From Amoebidium appalachense (taxonomy: Eukaryota > Protista > Ichthyosporea), in NCBI GenBank assembly GCA_963693365.1, contig CAVNZM010000003.1, forward strand, positions 5,142,472-5,206,471: a stretch of 64,000 bases of DNA, given 5' to 3'. The translations under genes were made by a program, and so were the position numbers. Below, in pieces: positions 44,590 through 58,202 of the stretch. The first letter of the stretch is position 1. Each line of letters begins with the position of its first letter. Below the pieces are notes generated by a model. The model worked only from the letters and a program-made list of their open reading frames with translations, was not told where the DNA came from and did no database searches.

Positions 44590-45364
44590 CCGTGCTCATA
44601 CCATCTATCCTAAATTCCTACAAGAATCAGCAATTTTCGCCGCCAATCTCTCCTCGATTTCCACAACGAAGAACGCCGTAGGGTCTACGGAGCAAAAACG
44701 ATGAAACTGGGGTGGGATGAGGGGTTGGAATGCCAGGCTCTGAAGGGGGTTTATGCAGCAGTCAGTTGTATGGACCCCCCTCCCCCCATTCCCCTCCCCC
44801 CTCCCCCCTCCCCCCCTTGACCACTCAGGGAAAGTTTCCCCCCCTCCTCCCTCCCACCCCCCCACCCCTCCAAAAAAAAATTACCTTTGTGCATTGTTAT
44901 TGTGTAAAATTGTGTGACATTACCACCCTTGGTGCATGCATTGCAAGATTTGCTTTGTGTTGTCTGTCGTGAATCGTTTACGTCATTATCATTAGTGTAA
45001 AAGCATTCTGACCACTCCCCCCCCCCCCCCCTCCCCCCCCCCCCCCCCTCCCCCCCCCCCCCCCCCGCCCGGCTTGAACGGGCAGGTGAAATGGAGCCCT
45101 CGGAAAAAAGAATGTGCTCTGCTTACTTTGCATAATATGTGGTGTTTTCGGTTTTTTCTTTTATCATGTTTGCTGTCCTGTTGTGTGCCGTGCCGATCAG
45201 GGTGTGTGGAATTGTAGAACGATCTCTACCCTCCACCCTCCCCATTCCCCGGGGCGCAGACACCCACCCACCCATACTAGAAGGCCGTGTGTGCTTGCAA
45301 AATGTGTTGTATGAGTATAATGAAAATGTATATCCCCCTCCCTCCCCCCCCCCCCCCCCCTCCC

Positions 45365-45399
<35 letters not shown>

Positions 45400-47120
45400 G
45401 CCCCCAGTGTACACCTCTTCCTCCCTGTCCTTGCTGCCCCCCCCCCCTCCCCCTCCCCCTCCCACCCCTATACAAACCCCCCCCCCCCCCCCCCCCTGTC
45501 CCCTCCCCCCCCCCCCCCCCCCCCCCCTCCCCTCTTCATGTGTGCATTGAAATCTGCATTGTGTTGTCCCTCGTGAGTGTTTACACTTCGTACTTTGTAA
45601 CAAAATTCTAACCCTCCCTCCCCCTCCCAACCCCTTCCCTCCCACCCCCACCCCTTCGTCACCCCTTCTCCCATTCCCTTCCCATCCCCCCCTTCTCCTC
45701 CTCCTTTCCCCCCCCCCCCTTCCCCCCCCCCTCCCCCCCTCCCCCCCCCCCCCCCCCCCCCCCCCCTTTCTTTCTTTTCCTTCGGTTTACCAAACAGTGA
45801 ATACTTCCATAGACTGCAAGACCTTTCTAGAACCCTTCGAGCTGCCCCCTCCACTATGGGTCTATGCCGAGGGATATGTCTATGGGGCATCGGACTATAA
45901 ATTGCAGGTATGTGTCATACTCTCTTTCCCCCCCCCCCCCCCCCCCCCCCCGTTTCCCCCTTTTCCTACCCCCCTCCCTCCATCCTCCGCCCCTTCCCAG
46001 GAATGTGTGTGTGTGTGTAGGTTGGGAGCGGGGGGGGGGGGGGGGGTAGTCTTCCATGATATGTGCATTGCTGCAGGGTTACTGTGCAAACACAAGTTAT
46101 CTCCAAAAACTAATTCTAGTCTCGTACGGGTATAATTTAAATTCCTAACACTAACCCACACAATCGCCAAGTCGAGTCGCATCCTACATTCCTAACACGG
46201 CCCAGACCCGCAGTCATTTACTGGTGTATCCTAAAAACCTAACTCTGCACCCACACCCAGGCCCCAAAGTACAACGGATGCTCTCAAAAGAAGTGTTCAT
46301 GACTAAAAACGGCACAGGATTAAGTAACTCCCCCCCCCCCCCCCCCCCCCACCTTCCCTCCCCCCCCCCCCCCCCCTCAATCCCCCACCTTTACCACCAT
46401 CACCACATACAACACAAAAAGAGGCAAATTCCACCCCCTTCCACCGGTTTCTAGATCTGGGCCCACGTCATTCAAAACCAAAGTTTAAGACAATACATAT
46501 GAGCATATCTACACAGATAGGGGCGAATCATTGATACAGATAGGCGCATATCTACACGGATAGATGCGGGGATATCTGCACAGCTAGATATAGGCATAAT
46601 CATACAGGTAAACGGCATATACATGGTACCTGATATGCACACGTGCAACTAGCTCAATCCAGTGATTACTATGGAGCTAAATCCATGATATGGTACGAAT
46701 ACTTGCAGGTTTGTTGACAAACCACCTCCTTCTCTACTCCAAGCACGGATACATTACATGCACACATATCAACTCACACATACCGGCACACACACGGGCG
46801 CACCCACGCATACCTATTCGTACGATATAAGTGCGGTGTCCTAAACTAACCCTTCATCCACCTACTCATTTTTTGTGGCTATCCCTCTCCCCCCATCTCC
46901 CCCCCTCCCCCCCCCCCCTCCCCACAACTCCACCCCCCACCCCCCGAACCCCCGAAACCCCCTTCCCCTTCCCTCCGCCTCCCGCCCCTTCCTCCCTCTC
47001 CCCTCATTCCACAAACCCCTTCCTTCAACTTTCCGAAGTGCCAACACACATACATACTTTCAGAAACACAACCACACTAGCACACAGTGTATTACACACA
47101 CACACACACACCCACACACA

Positions 47121-47154
<34 letters not shown>

Positions 47155-48309
47155 AACACACACACACACAAACACACACACACGCAAACACACACACACA
47201 CGTGTGCAATTACACACACACACACACACACATACCCTCCCTCCCCCCCCCCCCTCCCCCCCTCCCTCCCTCTCTCTATTCTTTTGCACACACACACGCA
47301 CACACTCCCGCCCACACACACCCCACACCCATACACATACGCACACCCACACCCACTCACCCCCCTCCCCCCCCTCCCCACACACACACACACACCATAT
47401 CAGGCACTTGCCTTTCCGAGACACTTCGACCCCTGACCCACTATCGCTCAATCATCAACTCCGGAACGAAACTCATCGGTTGCTCTCCGGAGGGTTTTGA
47501 AGCAAATGACGGAAGCAGAATCACAGCCACAGCGTGTGCATACTCCCCCCCACCTTCCAAAATTGGAAGTATCTCAGATCCAAATTTCCTAGCCATTACC
47601 GAATATGGAAAGCCTTGCAGCAAGTGTCCGGCTGGAACAACGTGTGATCCCTCCCCGTGTGTACATCGTGAATGGGTCGAAGCCCGCGTACTGTGGATGA
47701 TTTGGGCATGCCCCTAACAACGTGTTCTATTTCTGATGCATATTCTGGCAAGATTTTGCAGATGATCTGATTTATGTTGTTCATCGTGAATGTGTAACCC
47801 CGTATTCTGTAACACATTCTAACCCTCCCAGCCCCCCCTCTCCCCCCTCTGTACCCCCCCCCCCCCTCCCCCCCGCCCTCCCCCCACCCCCCCCCCCCCC
47901 CCCCCCCCCCCCTTTCCCCCCCGTCTCCTCCCCTCCCCCTCCCCCTCCTCCTCCCACTCCAGCCTTATCTTCAAGGCAGGCTGCCTATGGGTAGACAGGG
48001 TTGTAGAAATTGATTACGTCATCTCTCACCAATTGGCCAATCAGAACCTCTCGTTAAAGTGTAATACCGACTTTGCCAATCGCCACACCTCAACCAAATT
48101 AAACTAGGCATTGGTTTATGTTGAACTTGTATGAAAAAATTACGGTAATGGCACGCCTTGTTTTGTCCTACACCATAAATGTTAAGAGACACCTAGATTT
48201 GAGCACACACACTGGAGCAACACATACTAGACCACACACTAACATGTTACACATCACTTGGTACCTGCATTCAATCATCAAACAAACATATCCCCCCCCC
48301 CCCCCCCCC

Positions 48310-48345
<36 letters not shown>

Positions 48346-48604
48346 CCCCTCCTTCCAACCATCCCCTCCCCCCCCCCCCCCCCTCCACCCTCCCTCCTAA
48401 TAACCAAACCCCCTTCCCCCCCCCCCCCCTCCCCCCCCCCTCCTCCCCCCTATTCCCCCCCCCCCCTTTCTTCCTTCCCCCCTCCCCCCCCCCCCTCCCC
48501 CCCATCTCCTAGGTCTGTCCACTTGCGTTTCTTTCATCTTTGAATCTATGCCAGCCCCTTCCCTGTATCCCCCCCCCCCCCCCCCCCCCCCCCCATTTCC
48601 CCCC

Positions 48605-48640
<36 letters not shown>

Positions 48641-49293
48641 ACACACACACACCACCACCACCACCACACACACACACCTCCGGGCCACTCCTGCTACAGT
48701 ACGGTACATACATTTTTTGCTCTGCAAACTGAATTTCTTGTTTTGTCCGTCGTGAACGTGTATTTCCTACTCTGTAACACATTCTAAACTCCCCCCCCCC
48801 CCCCCCCTCCCCTCCCCCCTCCCACCCTCCCCTCCCCCTCCCCCCCTCCCCCCCCTCCCCGCCCCTCCCCCCCCCCCCCCCCCCCCCCCCGTTTCTCCAC
48901 AAGCTCTCTCGAGGACTGGCCTGCATATGCGGCTGTTCTATTTTCCTTCTTCTTCTTTGCTTTTTCCCTCCTTTTTCGGCATCTTTCCATAACCTGCCTG
49001 TGTTTCAAGGCTTAGTCTTATCTTTTTCCCTCGTATCGTCTATATATAAATCGGTCCCAATACCTCCCCCTCTCCCCCCCCCCCCCCCCCCCCCCCCTTA
49101 ACTCACCCTTACCATATACAGCAATCATGCATAGGACTATCCCGGGAGTAGACAACTCAGCCCACCCTTCCCCGTCACCTCCACCACCCACCACAATTAC
49201 GGCCCCAATTTCCACCACAACAAAAATTTCCTTCACAACCCCAAATCCGACCACCACCACAACCCAAATTTCAACCCAAACCCCGCCGGGCTA
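44590..49293 (+). pseudogene. CAP/SCP family gene (copy 2), multi-exon, with a stop and a frameshift; possible Thr/Pro-rich terminal exon at about 49135-49293
   Basis: RRQSLLDFHNEERRRVYGAKTMKL (about 44637-44709); exon 45798-45907; DALKRSVHD* (46277-46306); THYRSIINSGTKLIGC...TACAYSPP...GKPCSKCPAGTTCD (47404-47655). Confidence 0.6.
47666..47823 (+). mobile_element. Diverged copy of the poly(C)-anchored element just after a probable CAP exon donor; related ends at about 44930-45015, 45085-45130, 45540-45612 and 48715-48788
   Basis: GTGAATGGGTCGAAGCCCGCGTACTGTGGATGA matches 18052-18085; ends ACATTCTAA then C-run. Most of the other pieces share TCGTGA...ATTCT(A/G)A then a C-run; 45085-45130 matches the GGGCTCTGCTT region. 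Confidence 0.7.
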
Positions 49294-50883
49294 AAACATC
49301 AACTTCTTCAGCTCTCTCATCTCAGCAGGCAGTTAAAACCCCCCTTGAAATTTCATCGTCATCGGTGCCACTTACGAGCACACAGGTGGTCACTGTGGTA
49401 GAGATAACACCAACAAGCACACAGATCAAGACGGAAGGTATTCACCAGTATACAGCTTGAGCCGGCATTTCTAATATGGTAGGCCCGGTAGCAAGCGGCA
49501 ACATGGGCACATTTAGGTGATGCGCTCACGCCCAATCGCTTTACTCAAATCTGTCCACTAAAAGCTTAGAAGCTGCTTTTAACACATTTGATTGGCTTCA
49601 AACCGTTTTACCCCCTTTGAAGACAAGCAATCAAGGCCAAAAACAGTAGACTGTCCAACTTCAACTTAGTAAACGCCGACACCAGACTCGTGATTTAGGG
49701 TTTACAAGGTGATCTCTATGACAAACCTTTTCTCTCAATTTCGGGACGCTGTGCAACTCCTTTTCCATAGCACAAACAATCAAAGATTAGTTATAGTATT
49801 GAAGTTTTCCGAAAATAAAGAGTTTATGCGCTATCGAAGTTTTTTGTAAGCTGAAAAATTATAAACCTGATTCAAAGCTAGTTCTGTTGACTTACACTAC
49901 TCCGCATAAGTTCATGCAACATGCGTGATAATCTACGAATAACAAATCGCCATGTCTCGTGAGAACCAGCATGCTTAACGGTTTGTTATCTTTTTTTATA
50001 TAGAACCGTTAGAAACTTCGCCTGCTGACAAATGGATATTTCAAATCAACTTATAACGCGCTTTTTGTTAGCTGCTCTCTATTTCATTTCTCGTTTGTCA
50101 GTAATTTTTTCCCCAAAGAACGTGCTTGGCATGCTGCTAAATTTTAGCACTGGATATCAGAGTCATGGAGCCAATCACAAGCGGGTCTGCCACGAGATAC
50201 TTTCGGCAGCCGGCATATCGGCGTGGCTCAGGAATGCAATTCCTAGATTGAGTTTAATCCAATCACTCGAATTCACAACTTACCATATTAGAACTGCCTT
50301 AGCCTCCTGATATACCCCCCCTCCTCCCCCCTCCCCCCTCTCTCTCTCCTTCGTCTCACTCCCCTATCTCTCCTCTCCCCCCCCACCCCCCCCCCCCCCC
50401 ACCCTCCCACTATGTATCTCTTTCTCTGTTCTATCTTTCTCTCTCTGTTCTGTCTTTCTCTCGGGAACTCTCCCCCCTCCCTCCCCTCCCTATCTGTCTC
50501 TTTCTCCAGTCACTCTCACACATTCTCTCTTTCTCTTTTTCTGCTTGCGTGTGTGGTTGTGTCGTTGACGGTGCGTGGATAATGTGTATTAGTATGGGAA
50601 ATTCAACATCGTGGGGCAGATAAGCATATATGTGCCAGCAAGGAGGACCGTTAACAAACAGCAAGAGCACAACTTATGATCTCTAACCAATCACTGTGAC
50701 CGTACAGGCAACAATGGCCAATCGGAATCCTCCGATGCAGCCAATAGGAACCCAGGATCTTCTGCCGCGTCCGTGCCATGTTCCTTATTTCGAGCGGTAG
50801 TGTGCGCGGTTTGTGTATTGTTTTATCTGCTTTGTTCGTAGTGCCTGTGGCAAAAGACCTGGTGATAGAATCTGATGTGTGTA

Positions 50884-50980
<97 letters not shown>

Positions 50981-51293
50981 AGTAGGTCCGTTTTGATATT
51001 TCGTCGGCAGTGGTTTCGATATTTGGTGAGTTAGAGCGTGCCACTGGACTAAACCATTTTTACAAAAATTAACCGACAAATAGAATACTATAAATAAATT
51101 AGGATTGGTCCCGGAAGGACTTTTGCAGTTTGATTTTGGAGACGTGAAGGCCCTCCGAAGAGAGGTGGGGTGGGGGTGGGGTGGGGTGGAGTGGTGGTGG
51201 TGGTGGGGGGGGCGGGGGGGCGGGGGAAGGGGTTTGGAGTTGGGTTTCTTTCTTGCAGTTTTTGTTTACGTTGTTTTTAAAGCCTTCCCCCCT

Positions 51294-51326
<33 letters not shown>

Positions 51327-51638
51327 TCCCCCCCCCCCCTTCCCCCCCCCTGCGGGGCCGGTGAAGAGGCCGAGATCCCAGCGTCGTGTTGCTGGTTAAT
51401 TTGGTGGCGGGGCTGCTCCTGGCAGCATCAACTTGAAGAATTCAACCGCCTAGGACTATCAAGCACCTTCATCAACTGAGGCAGAAGCCAACAATGAGAT
51501 ACATTTAAAGTTTTAAACATTCTAAGCGATTTGTTAGCCTTTGTGGGCTCCCAGGATAGGGACAGGCAGACAAGAGGGAGAGAGAGCTGGGAGGGGACGG
51601 GGAGAGAGAGAGAGAGAGTTCTCTGTGAGTAAGTGAGT

Positions 51639-52107
<469 letters not shown>

Positions 52108-53539
52108 ATCAGAGAGACTGATGGAGGAGGGGCGGGGGAAAGACAGAGAGAGAGGCTCAGAGGGAGTGAGAGAGACGATTTGAAGGGATGGGGGTAGGGA
52201 GGGGGGAGGGGGGAGGGGGGCATAAAGGAAGAGGGGGAGGGGGGGGGGGGGGGGGGGGGGGGAGGTCGTAGTAAGCATCTGTTCACGAAGTCACACAGTC
52301 ATGACCGCCTGGGCCAGCTTCCCGTGCACGCGTACAGGATGCATGGTTACAATTGGCCCCGGCATGACTCCTCACTACTGAGTCCTGAGGGGCGGGCCGA
52401 CGGTACATCATGGCATCGTGATTCGTTTCGAACATTCCAATACAACACGCGCACGTTGTGACTCGCTGGGAACTCGGGATCCTATTTGTCCACACATCAT
52501 TTTATCTGTACTGTTAGGTTTACGAAAGAGGCTTTGAAGTCCAATGCATAACCAAAAAACGCCACGGCACACTTCCAAGGCCACCTTTAAATTTGAAAGT
52601 TCGAACTGAGTTCAAAGTAAGAGTGATAAGAGTCAGTGAGCTCGTTTCTTTGTGGAATGCACTTTACAGTTCTCCACCAATCATATGACGTCTTGGGAGG
52701 ACGGAGTCCAATAAATGGTTCGCAGTATTGCCCAGCCAATATTTGCATACCTGAGGATAAAAGGGATGCTCTCTGGCCCAATCGTATTTACTTGGCTATG
52801 TGATATCCCATTCTCCTATACCCTTGGGGCCCTTTACCCCTGCTTGTCAAACGAGTCCCTAAGATACAATTGCAAAAGAATGATAGGAACTCAGTGATTG
52901 CCCGTCATTATACTAGCGGCTTTAAACTCGAGTAATTAAAACAGTAAATAAAAACTAATAATAAATATATAGGGTGACCAGCTGTCAAATTGATTACTTT
53001 GGAAAATTCAAACGGGACTGCATATGCCTTCGGTGCACGTGCAATTCAAAATTCTCAGATAATTAATTTACAACAGGTAAAAGTCTCAGAATTATGCAGA
53101 CATTGCATACTTTTGAGCACCAGATGACATCGGGAAGGCCCAAGTATTTTAATTTATAAATAAAACGCTACTTATTATGAATACATAATAAGTAAAGAAT
53201 GAATTAAACTTTGATGCTATTGATCCTGCTCTTGGTAGATGGCCTATGTAAAATCTTATTGCCTCCGAATCTTGAAACCCCAATGCGATAATTGGATGCA
53301 TAGGGGGAACATCGGAATGCAGGTGAGGCTGGCTCAAATTGGAAACCCGGTGTTCTTACCACGCAGTTGAAACGTCCGTGAAGTTTGTTTGTTGTAGTCA
53401 TTATTCTCCTACTGTGTGTCAGCAGAACGCGTAGTCACTCACTCACACAGAGAGAGACACAGAAAATACAAACATAGACACGAAACACACACAAACGGAC
53501 AGAACTAGGGTAGTTGATTCCCTCCCTCACATCGCCACC

Positions 53540-55540
53540 ATGCACGCAAACACTCTCTTCCTCTTTATTGCGGCGGCTCTCTCCGCCATCGACGCCTCCC
53601 CCATTATTATGCCCAAGCGCATGACCCTCCCCGTATTCTATTATCCCGCCGCTCAAGGCGGCACAGGGATAGTTACCCCGCAGGGCGCCCCCGTACCAGC
53701 TGTTGACCCCATTCCATCCCCCATACCAGCTGTTGACCCCATTCCATCTGTCGCCGTCGACCCTATTCCTTCCCTTGCCGAGAACCCCACGGCCGTGCCT
53801 GAACCCGTCCTCACCTCTTTTGCTATTCCAGATGTTGGCCCTGTTCAGGCTTTGGAACTGCCAGCCATTGCCCTGACCCCAGTTAGCCCCGCGGGTCCTG
53901 GCGTGCAGGCGCGTATTTTGGCACGGCCTCTACTTCCCGGTCTTAAGCCGCCATCGGTCGCTGCTGTACCCACACAGGGAGTGGCGGCTGCTGCCCCAAG
54001 TGCTGTGCCTTCATTAATTCAGCAGATTAGGGCCATGACCCTGCCTACTTCTAACCAGCCTCTGCCTAGCGATCAGGTTATGTCGGTCACTGGTGTTCAG
54101 CCCAGGACTGGTGCAATCGGACCAGGGCTCCCTCCCACGCCGATGACTGGCACAAACGGCCAGGGTCTTCCTCCCATCACGCCAATGACCGGTACAAATG
54201 GCCAAGGTCTACCCCCCAGCACCTCCGCCAACGGTGTTCGTCCCCCCATGCTCGTCACTCCCATGACTGGCACCAACGGCCAGGGTCTTCCTCCCGCCTC
54301 AGCGGCTCCCAATGCCCCGGCTATTGCACAGAGCCTCTCCCCCGTTTCCGCACCCGTTCTGAGTGTTTCTGCTGTGAAGGAAAACGCTGCTGCCTTAGCA
54401 GCTGCGGAAGCTGCGGTGGCCGCGGCAGCACAAAAAGCGGCGGCTGACCAGCTGGCGGCACAAAAAGCGGCGGCGGCCGCGGCAGCAGCACAGAAAGCGG
54501 CGGCTGACCAGCTGGCGGCACAAAAAGCGGCGGCAGCCGCGGCAGCAGCACAAAAAGCGGCGGCTGACCAGCTGGCGGCGCAAAAAGCGGCGGCGACCGC
54601 GGCAGCAGCACAAAAAGCGGCGGCTGACCAGCTGGCGGCACAAAAAGCGGCGGCGGCGGCAGCAGCAGCACAGAAATTGGCAGCTGACCAGCTGGCAGCA
54701 CAAAAAGCGGCGGCAGCTAACATTGCGGCAATGGCGAAACCGGCGGGGTTGGGAACTTCGAGTGTTGCTGGTGAGTTTAATGTGATGCGGTGTGTGTGTG
54801 TGTGTGTGTGTTTTGTGTGTGTGTTTGTGTGTGTGTGTTGGTGAAAAAGTCTTCGTTGTTGGGCTATTTGCATCAACGGCGTGGTTTTGCATATGATAAA
54901 ACAAAATATTGGAACATCAGTATTCACTTTTTTTGGAACGGAAAAGATTCGTTGTTGGGCTATTTGCATCAACGGCGTGGTTTTGCATATGATAAAACAA
55001 AATATTGGAACATCAGTATTCACTTTTTTTGGAACGGAAAGATTCTCGCCTTATACATTTTGTTCCCCACCCTCCGGTGACCCACCCAAGAGCGTGTGAA
55101 GTGGTTGGATACTACCCATGCCCCCTTTCCCCTCCCTCCCTTCCAACCCCCCCCCCCCCCCCCCCCTTCGCTCTCCCGCTCCCCAACCCCACCACTTCAT
55201 ACTTCTCTCCGAACCCCCCCCCTCCCCCCCCCCCCCCCCTTTTTGTATTGAATACGCCCACTCACCCTCCACATTCCCCACAGGAGCCAAATACACCATC
55301 ATCAGACAGAATGAGCTTTGTGAGGGTGTCACCTCCCGCCTAGCCAACAGTGGCACATACACGCAGGGGATGCAAGCGAGTGTTGCGAAGTGTGGGGATA
55401 TGTGCTTCCGCTACAAGGGAGGGGTATGCACTCACTTCGTGGTGATAGGCACTGGTACCACTGCTCGGTGCCACCTCCACAAATCGTGCGCTACCATTGG
55501 AAGGTCAGCTACTGCATCGGCAGTGTACAAGATGGGTTAA
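53540..55540 (+). CDS. Secreted protein, about 495 aa (exons 53540-54770, 55284-55540): signal peptide, Pro-rich repeats, Ala-rich 20-aa repeats, C-terminal PAN/apple-like domain
   Basis: MHANTLFLFIAAALSAIDA; repeats PAVDPIPS and TPMTGTNGQGLPP; about 5 copies of AAAQKAAADQLAAQKAAAAA; C-terminal C...CGDMC...CTHFVV...CHLHKSC; phase-1 GT-AG intron. Confidence 0.85.
54853..55043. repeat. Near-perfect tandem duplication of about 95 bp in an intron
   Basis: TTCGTTGTTGGGCTATTTGCATCAACGGCG...GGAACGGAAA(A)GATTC occurs twice in a row. Confidence 0.9.
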
Positions 55541-55959
55541 GATTTTCAAAATTAGGTGGTTAAAAAGTTAAACTAGGCAGTTTGTTTCAGAGACGTGTCT
55601 ACTTTTTTGCATCCTTTTCCAGATTTTTGTTTCAGAAGTATATCTCCGTTTAATTCTTCGTCAGTCTGAACGATCACTATGTTAGTTTCCTTGATCCCAA
55701 ACAAGGAACACCGTAATACCTCTATGATTGTTACAGACGTGTACGCAATTTAACTATGATGATAATAAAGGGGTTGCGAGACCGCCTTGTTAACCTTCCA
55801 AATACCCGTACCCTTCTTCATCTACATGGACACACGTACACCCTTTTTGATATTCTTAAGTTTAGGCACTTTCCTGCCACTGGTAGTGGGGATCGCAGTA
55901 TTGCTTTCTGAGATTACATATCTAAGCTTGTACTCGAGTTCTGTTAATTCTGTTTTAAC

Positions 55960-56180
55960 CTGCGACAGAAAGAAACTCCTCACTGATTATAAGTCTGCTT
56001 TTTTGCTTGGCTTTTTACCGTATCCCGCTTGCAAATAAAAAATAAACGAGTTTCGGCACTTGTGGTGAATGGACACCTGTCTGCAACAGGTAATTCTTGG
56101 AGCTGACAGTGCTAAATGTATCTACGTGGGAGAGAGCGAAACCACAACTCACAAGCGGCTGCTGGAAGAATATCACATTC
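55960..56180 (+). mobile_element. Degenerate Penelope-like retroelement coding remnant (RT thumb and GIY-YIG fragment)
   Basis: One frame with two stops: DRKKLLTDYK...FLPYPACK*KINEFRHLW*MDTCLQQVI...KCIYVGESETTTHKRLLEE. This resembles the PLE thumb (R..LL...; HLL..D..L..V) and GIY-YIG (YVGE......R..E) patterns. Confidence 0.5.
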
Positions 56181-56327
56181 ATTCATACACCTTCCGGTTT
56201 GGTTTCCACACACATGTACAACACATTCCCAGTTATTTCTCATGCCGGTTCCGGTTTCGTATTTCATACATGACTGCATCAAAGTGTTCTGCCCCCCCCC
56301 CCCCCCCCCCCCCCCCCGCCGCAAATA

Positions 56328-56379
<52 letters not shown>

Positions 56380-56414
56380 AACCAGGCCATCCCCACCACG
56401 GGTGGTACCATTAT

Positions 56415-56556
56415 CGATGGGCTCCGTTTATGATACATACTCTCTTTGTATGAGTTTTTTAGTTATAATCTGCATTTTTTTGGTCGGTTTTGTCCGTAGT
56501 AATGAGCACGAACTCGTACTTGCACTCTGCAGGATGTGTGTGCATCACATTCTAAC
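56415..56556 (+). mobile_element. Diverged copy of the poly(C)-anchored element 3' end
   Basis: GATGGGCTCCGTTTATGATACATACTCTCTTTGTATG aligns with 18102-18138; ends CACATTCTAACCCCC. Confidence 0.6.
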
Positions 56557-56848
56557 CCCCACGCCTAAAAATGAGTAACTTTAAACAACACTCAACTTTG
56601 CGGCGCTTAGCATTTTTTGCACCGGCGCGCAAGGGCCCTAATCAATTAGTAGAAAAGTTACCTTTCATAGTTGAGAACACGCTCATAATTTTTATGGCGG
56701 GTTTATGTCTGTTTTTTATATGTTTACTATAAGCGCTCGCGCGCGAAGGGGTAGCGAGGTGAATCAACGTTACTCATCTGGCGAACAAAGTTACTCATCA
56801 ATTAGTGATTTTGGGCGGCCGGCGGCAGCATTGATTGATTGTCAATTG

Positions 56849-56973
56849 CTGCGGCTCAGCTGCTGCTGGCGTGACCGCAGACGGAGGGCGATCATGCACG
56901 GCCCTCTGAAAAAAAGAGGGCCGTGCATGATCGCCCTCCGTCTGCGGTCACGCCAGCAGCAGCTGAGCCGCAG
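56849..56973. repeat. Perfect inverted repeat with 59-bp arms and a 7-nt loop
   Basis: 56849-56907 is the exact reverse complement of 56915-56973. Confidence 0.95.
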
Positions 56974-57475
56974 TTTTTTTCAGAGGGCCGTGGATCATGC
57001 GTCGCAGAGCAATATATTGCTAAGAAACACTACATATATAATTTTTGCTGCTGGATTAGATGCATGTATTGTCTACTAGTCTAAAAATTTCAGCTCTCTT
57101 CGACTATTTTGAGGGTACAAAAAATGTGCTCTTTGGCAAGCGATGATGAGGAATTTTTTACGTCACTCATTCTAATTGAGTGATTTTCCAAAAATTCCCG
57201 GGATAAGGGATGGGTACACTCATCCGGCATTGGGGCTAATCAAATCAATACCCCCCCCCTCTTCCCCTCCGTGCGGCCCCACCTATCCTTTCCCTATACC
57301 TGTGTGTCTCTCAGAAGAATCATGGCTCTGTCTTCTCTCTCTCTATCTATCACTCCATCCCTCCCTCTCTCTCTCCCTCCCTCCCTCCCTCCCTCTCTTC
57401 ATGCCTCTCTCCCGGGCCCTTCCTCTCGAGGCTCTCTCTCCCCCTCCCTCACTCCCTGTCTTTCCTCCCCGGGAG

Positions 57476-57513
<38 letters not shown>

Positions 57514-57916
57514 CCCAACCTCTACCCCTCTCTCCCTTCCCCCCTCCCCCCCCCCCCCCCCCCCCGGCTCTCGCTCTCTCTCTTTTATCTCCATCTCTCA
57601 ATCTATCTCTCTCTCGCCCCCCTCCCCCTCCCCCCGAGCTCCCCGGGCCCTCCCCCCCTTACCCTCTCTCTCTCTCTCTCTCTTTTCCGCCCGCCCCCCT
57701 CTCCCCCTGGTCTCACTCTAATATAGAGTTATTTCTCTTTCTTATTATTGATTATTAAATGTGGTTACTCCGAGGGTATCACCTTCTCTCTCTCGCTCTT
57801 TCTCTCCCTCACTCTCTTTCTTTCTCGCTCACCCTCTCTCTTTCTCTCCATCTCCCTCTTCCTCTCTTCTTCTCCTCCCCTTCCTCCCCCTCTCTCTCTC
57901 GCTTTCTTACTCTTTC

Positions 57917-57953
<37 letters not shown>

Positions 57954-58104
57954 TTATGCTCTTGCAGGCCCAAACCGGGAGTCCGGGACACCGAGTGACC
58001 GGGACTGGGAGTCCAAAAATATTTCGCCTGGAAGCAATAATTGGTCAATCATTAATGTGACCTGAAAACAAGAAACACCAAATATGGTACTATCTAATCA
58101 CACA

Positions 58105-58202
58105 TGATTGGTGCTATGGGGGAAAGCCAATCATTTGCGCCCGGTAAAGGAAACATGCTGACCAGCTACGAATCGGATCTCCCTATCGTTAGTATATAAA
58201 TA
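58105..58202 (+). promoter_or_regulatory. Probable promoter of the G3PDH gene
   Basis: ATTGG (about 58107), CCAAT (about 58127) and TATATAAA (about 58193), roughly 210 bp before the ATG. Confidence 0.55.

Noticed and set aside
47656-47717. C-terminus VHREWVEARVLWMIWACP* of the CAP ORF
   Set aside because: This stretch is element-derived sequence after a probable GTGTGT donor, not CAP coding sequence.
50778-51480. Exon-like pieces after three CCAAT motifs
   Set aside because: No consistent open frame or recognisable product could be assembled.
54420-54720. Type I antifreeze protein
   Set aside because: Ala-rich, but it lacks the 11-residue Thr periodicity; the unit is 20 aa with Gln/Lys/Asp.
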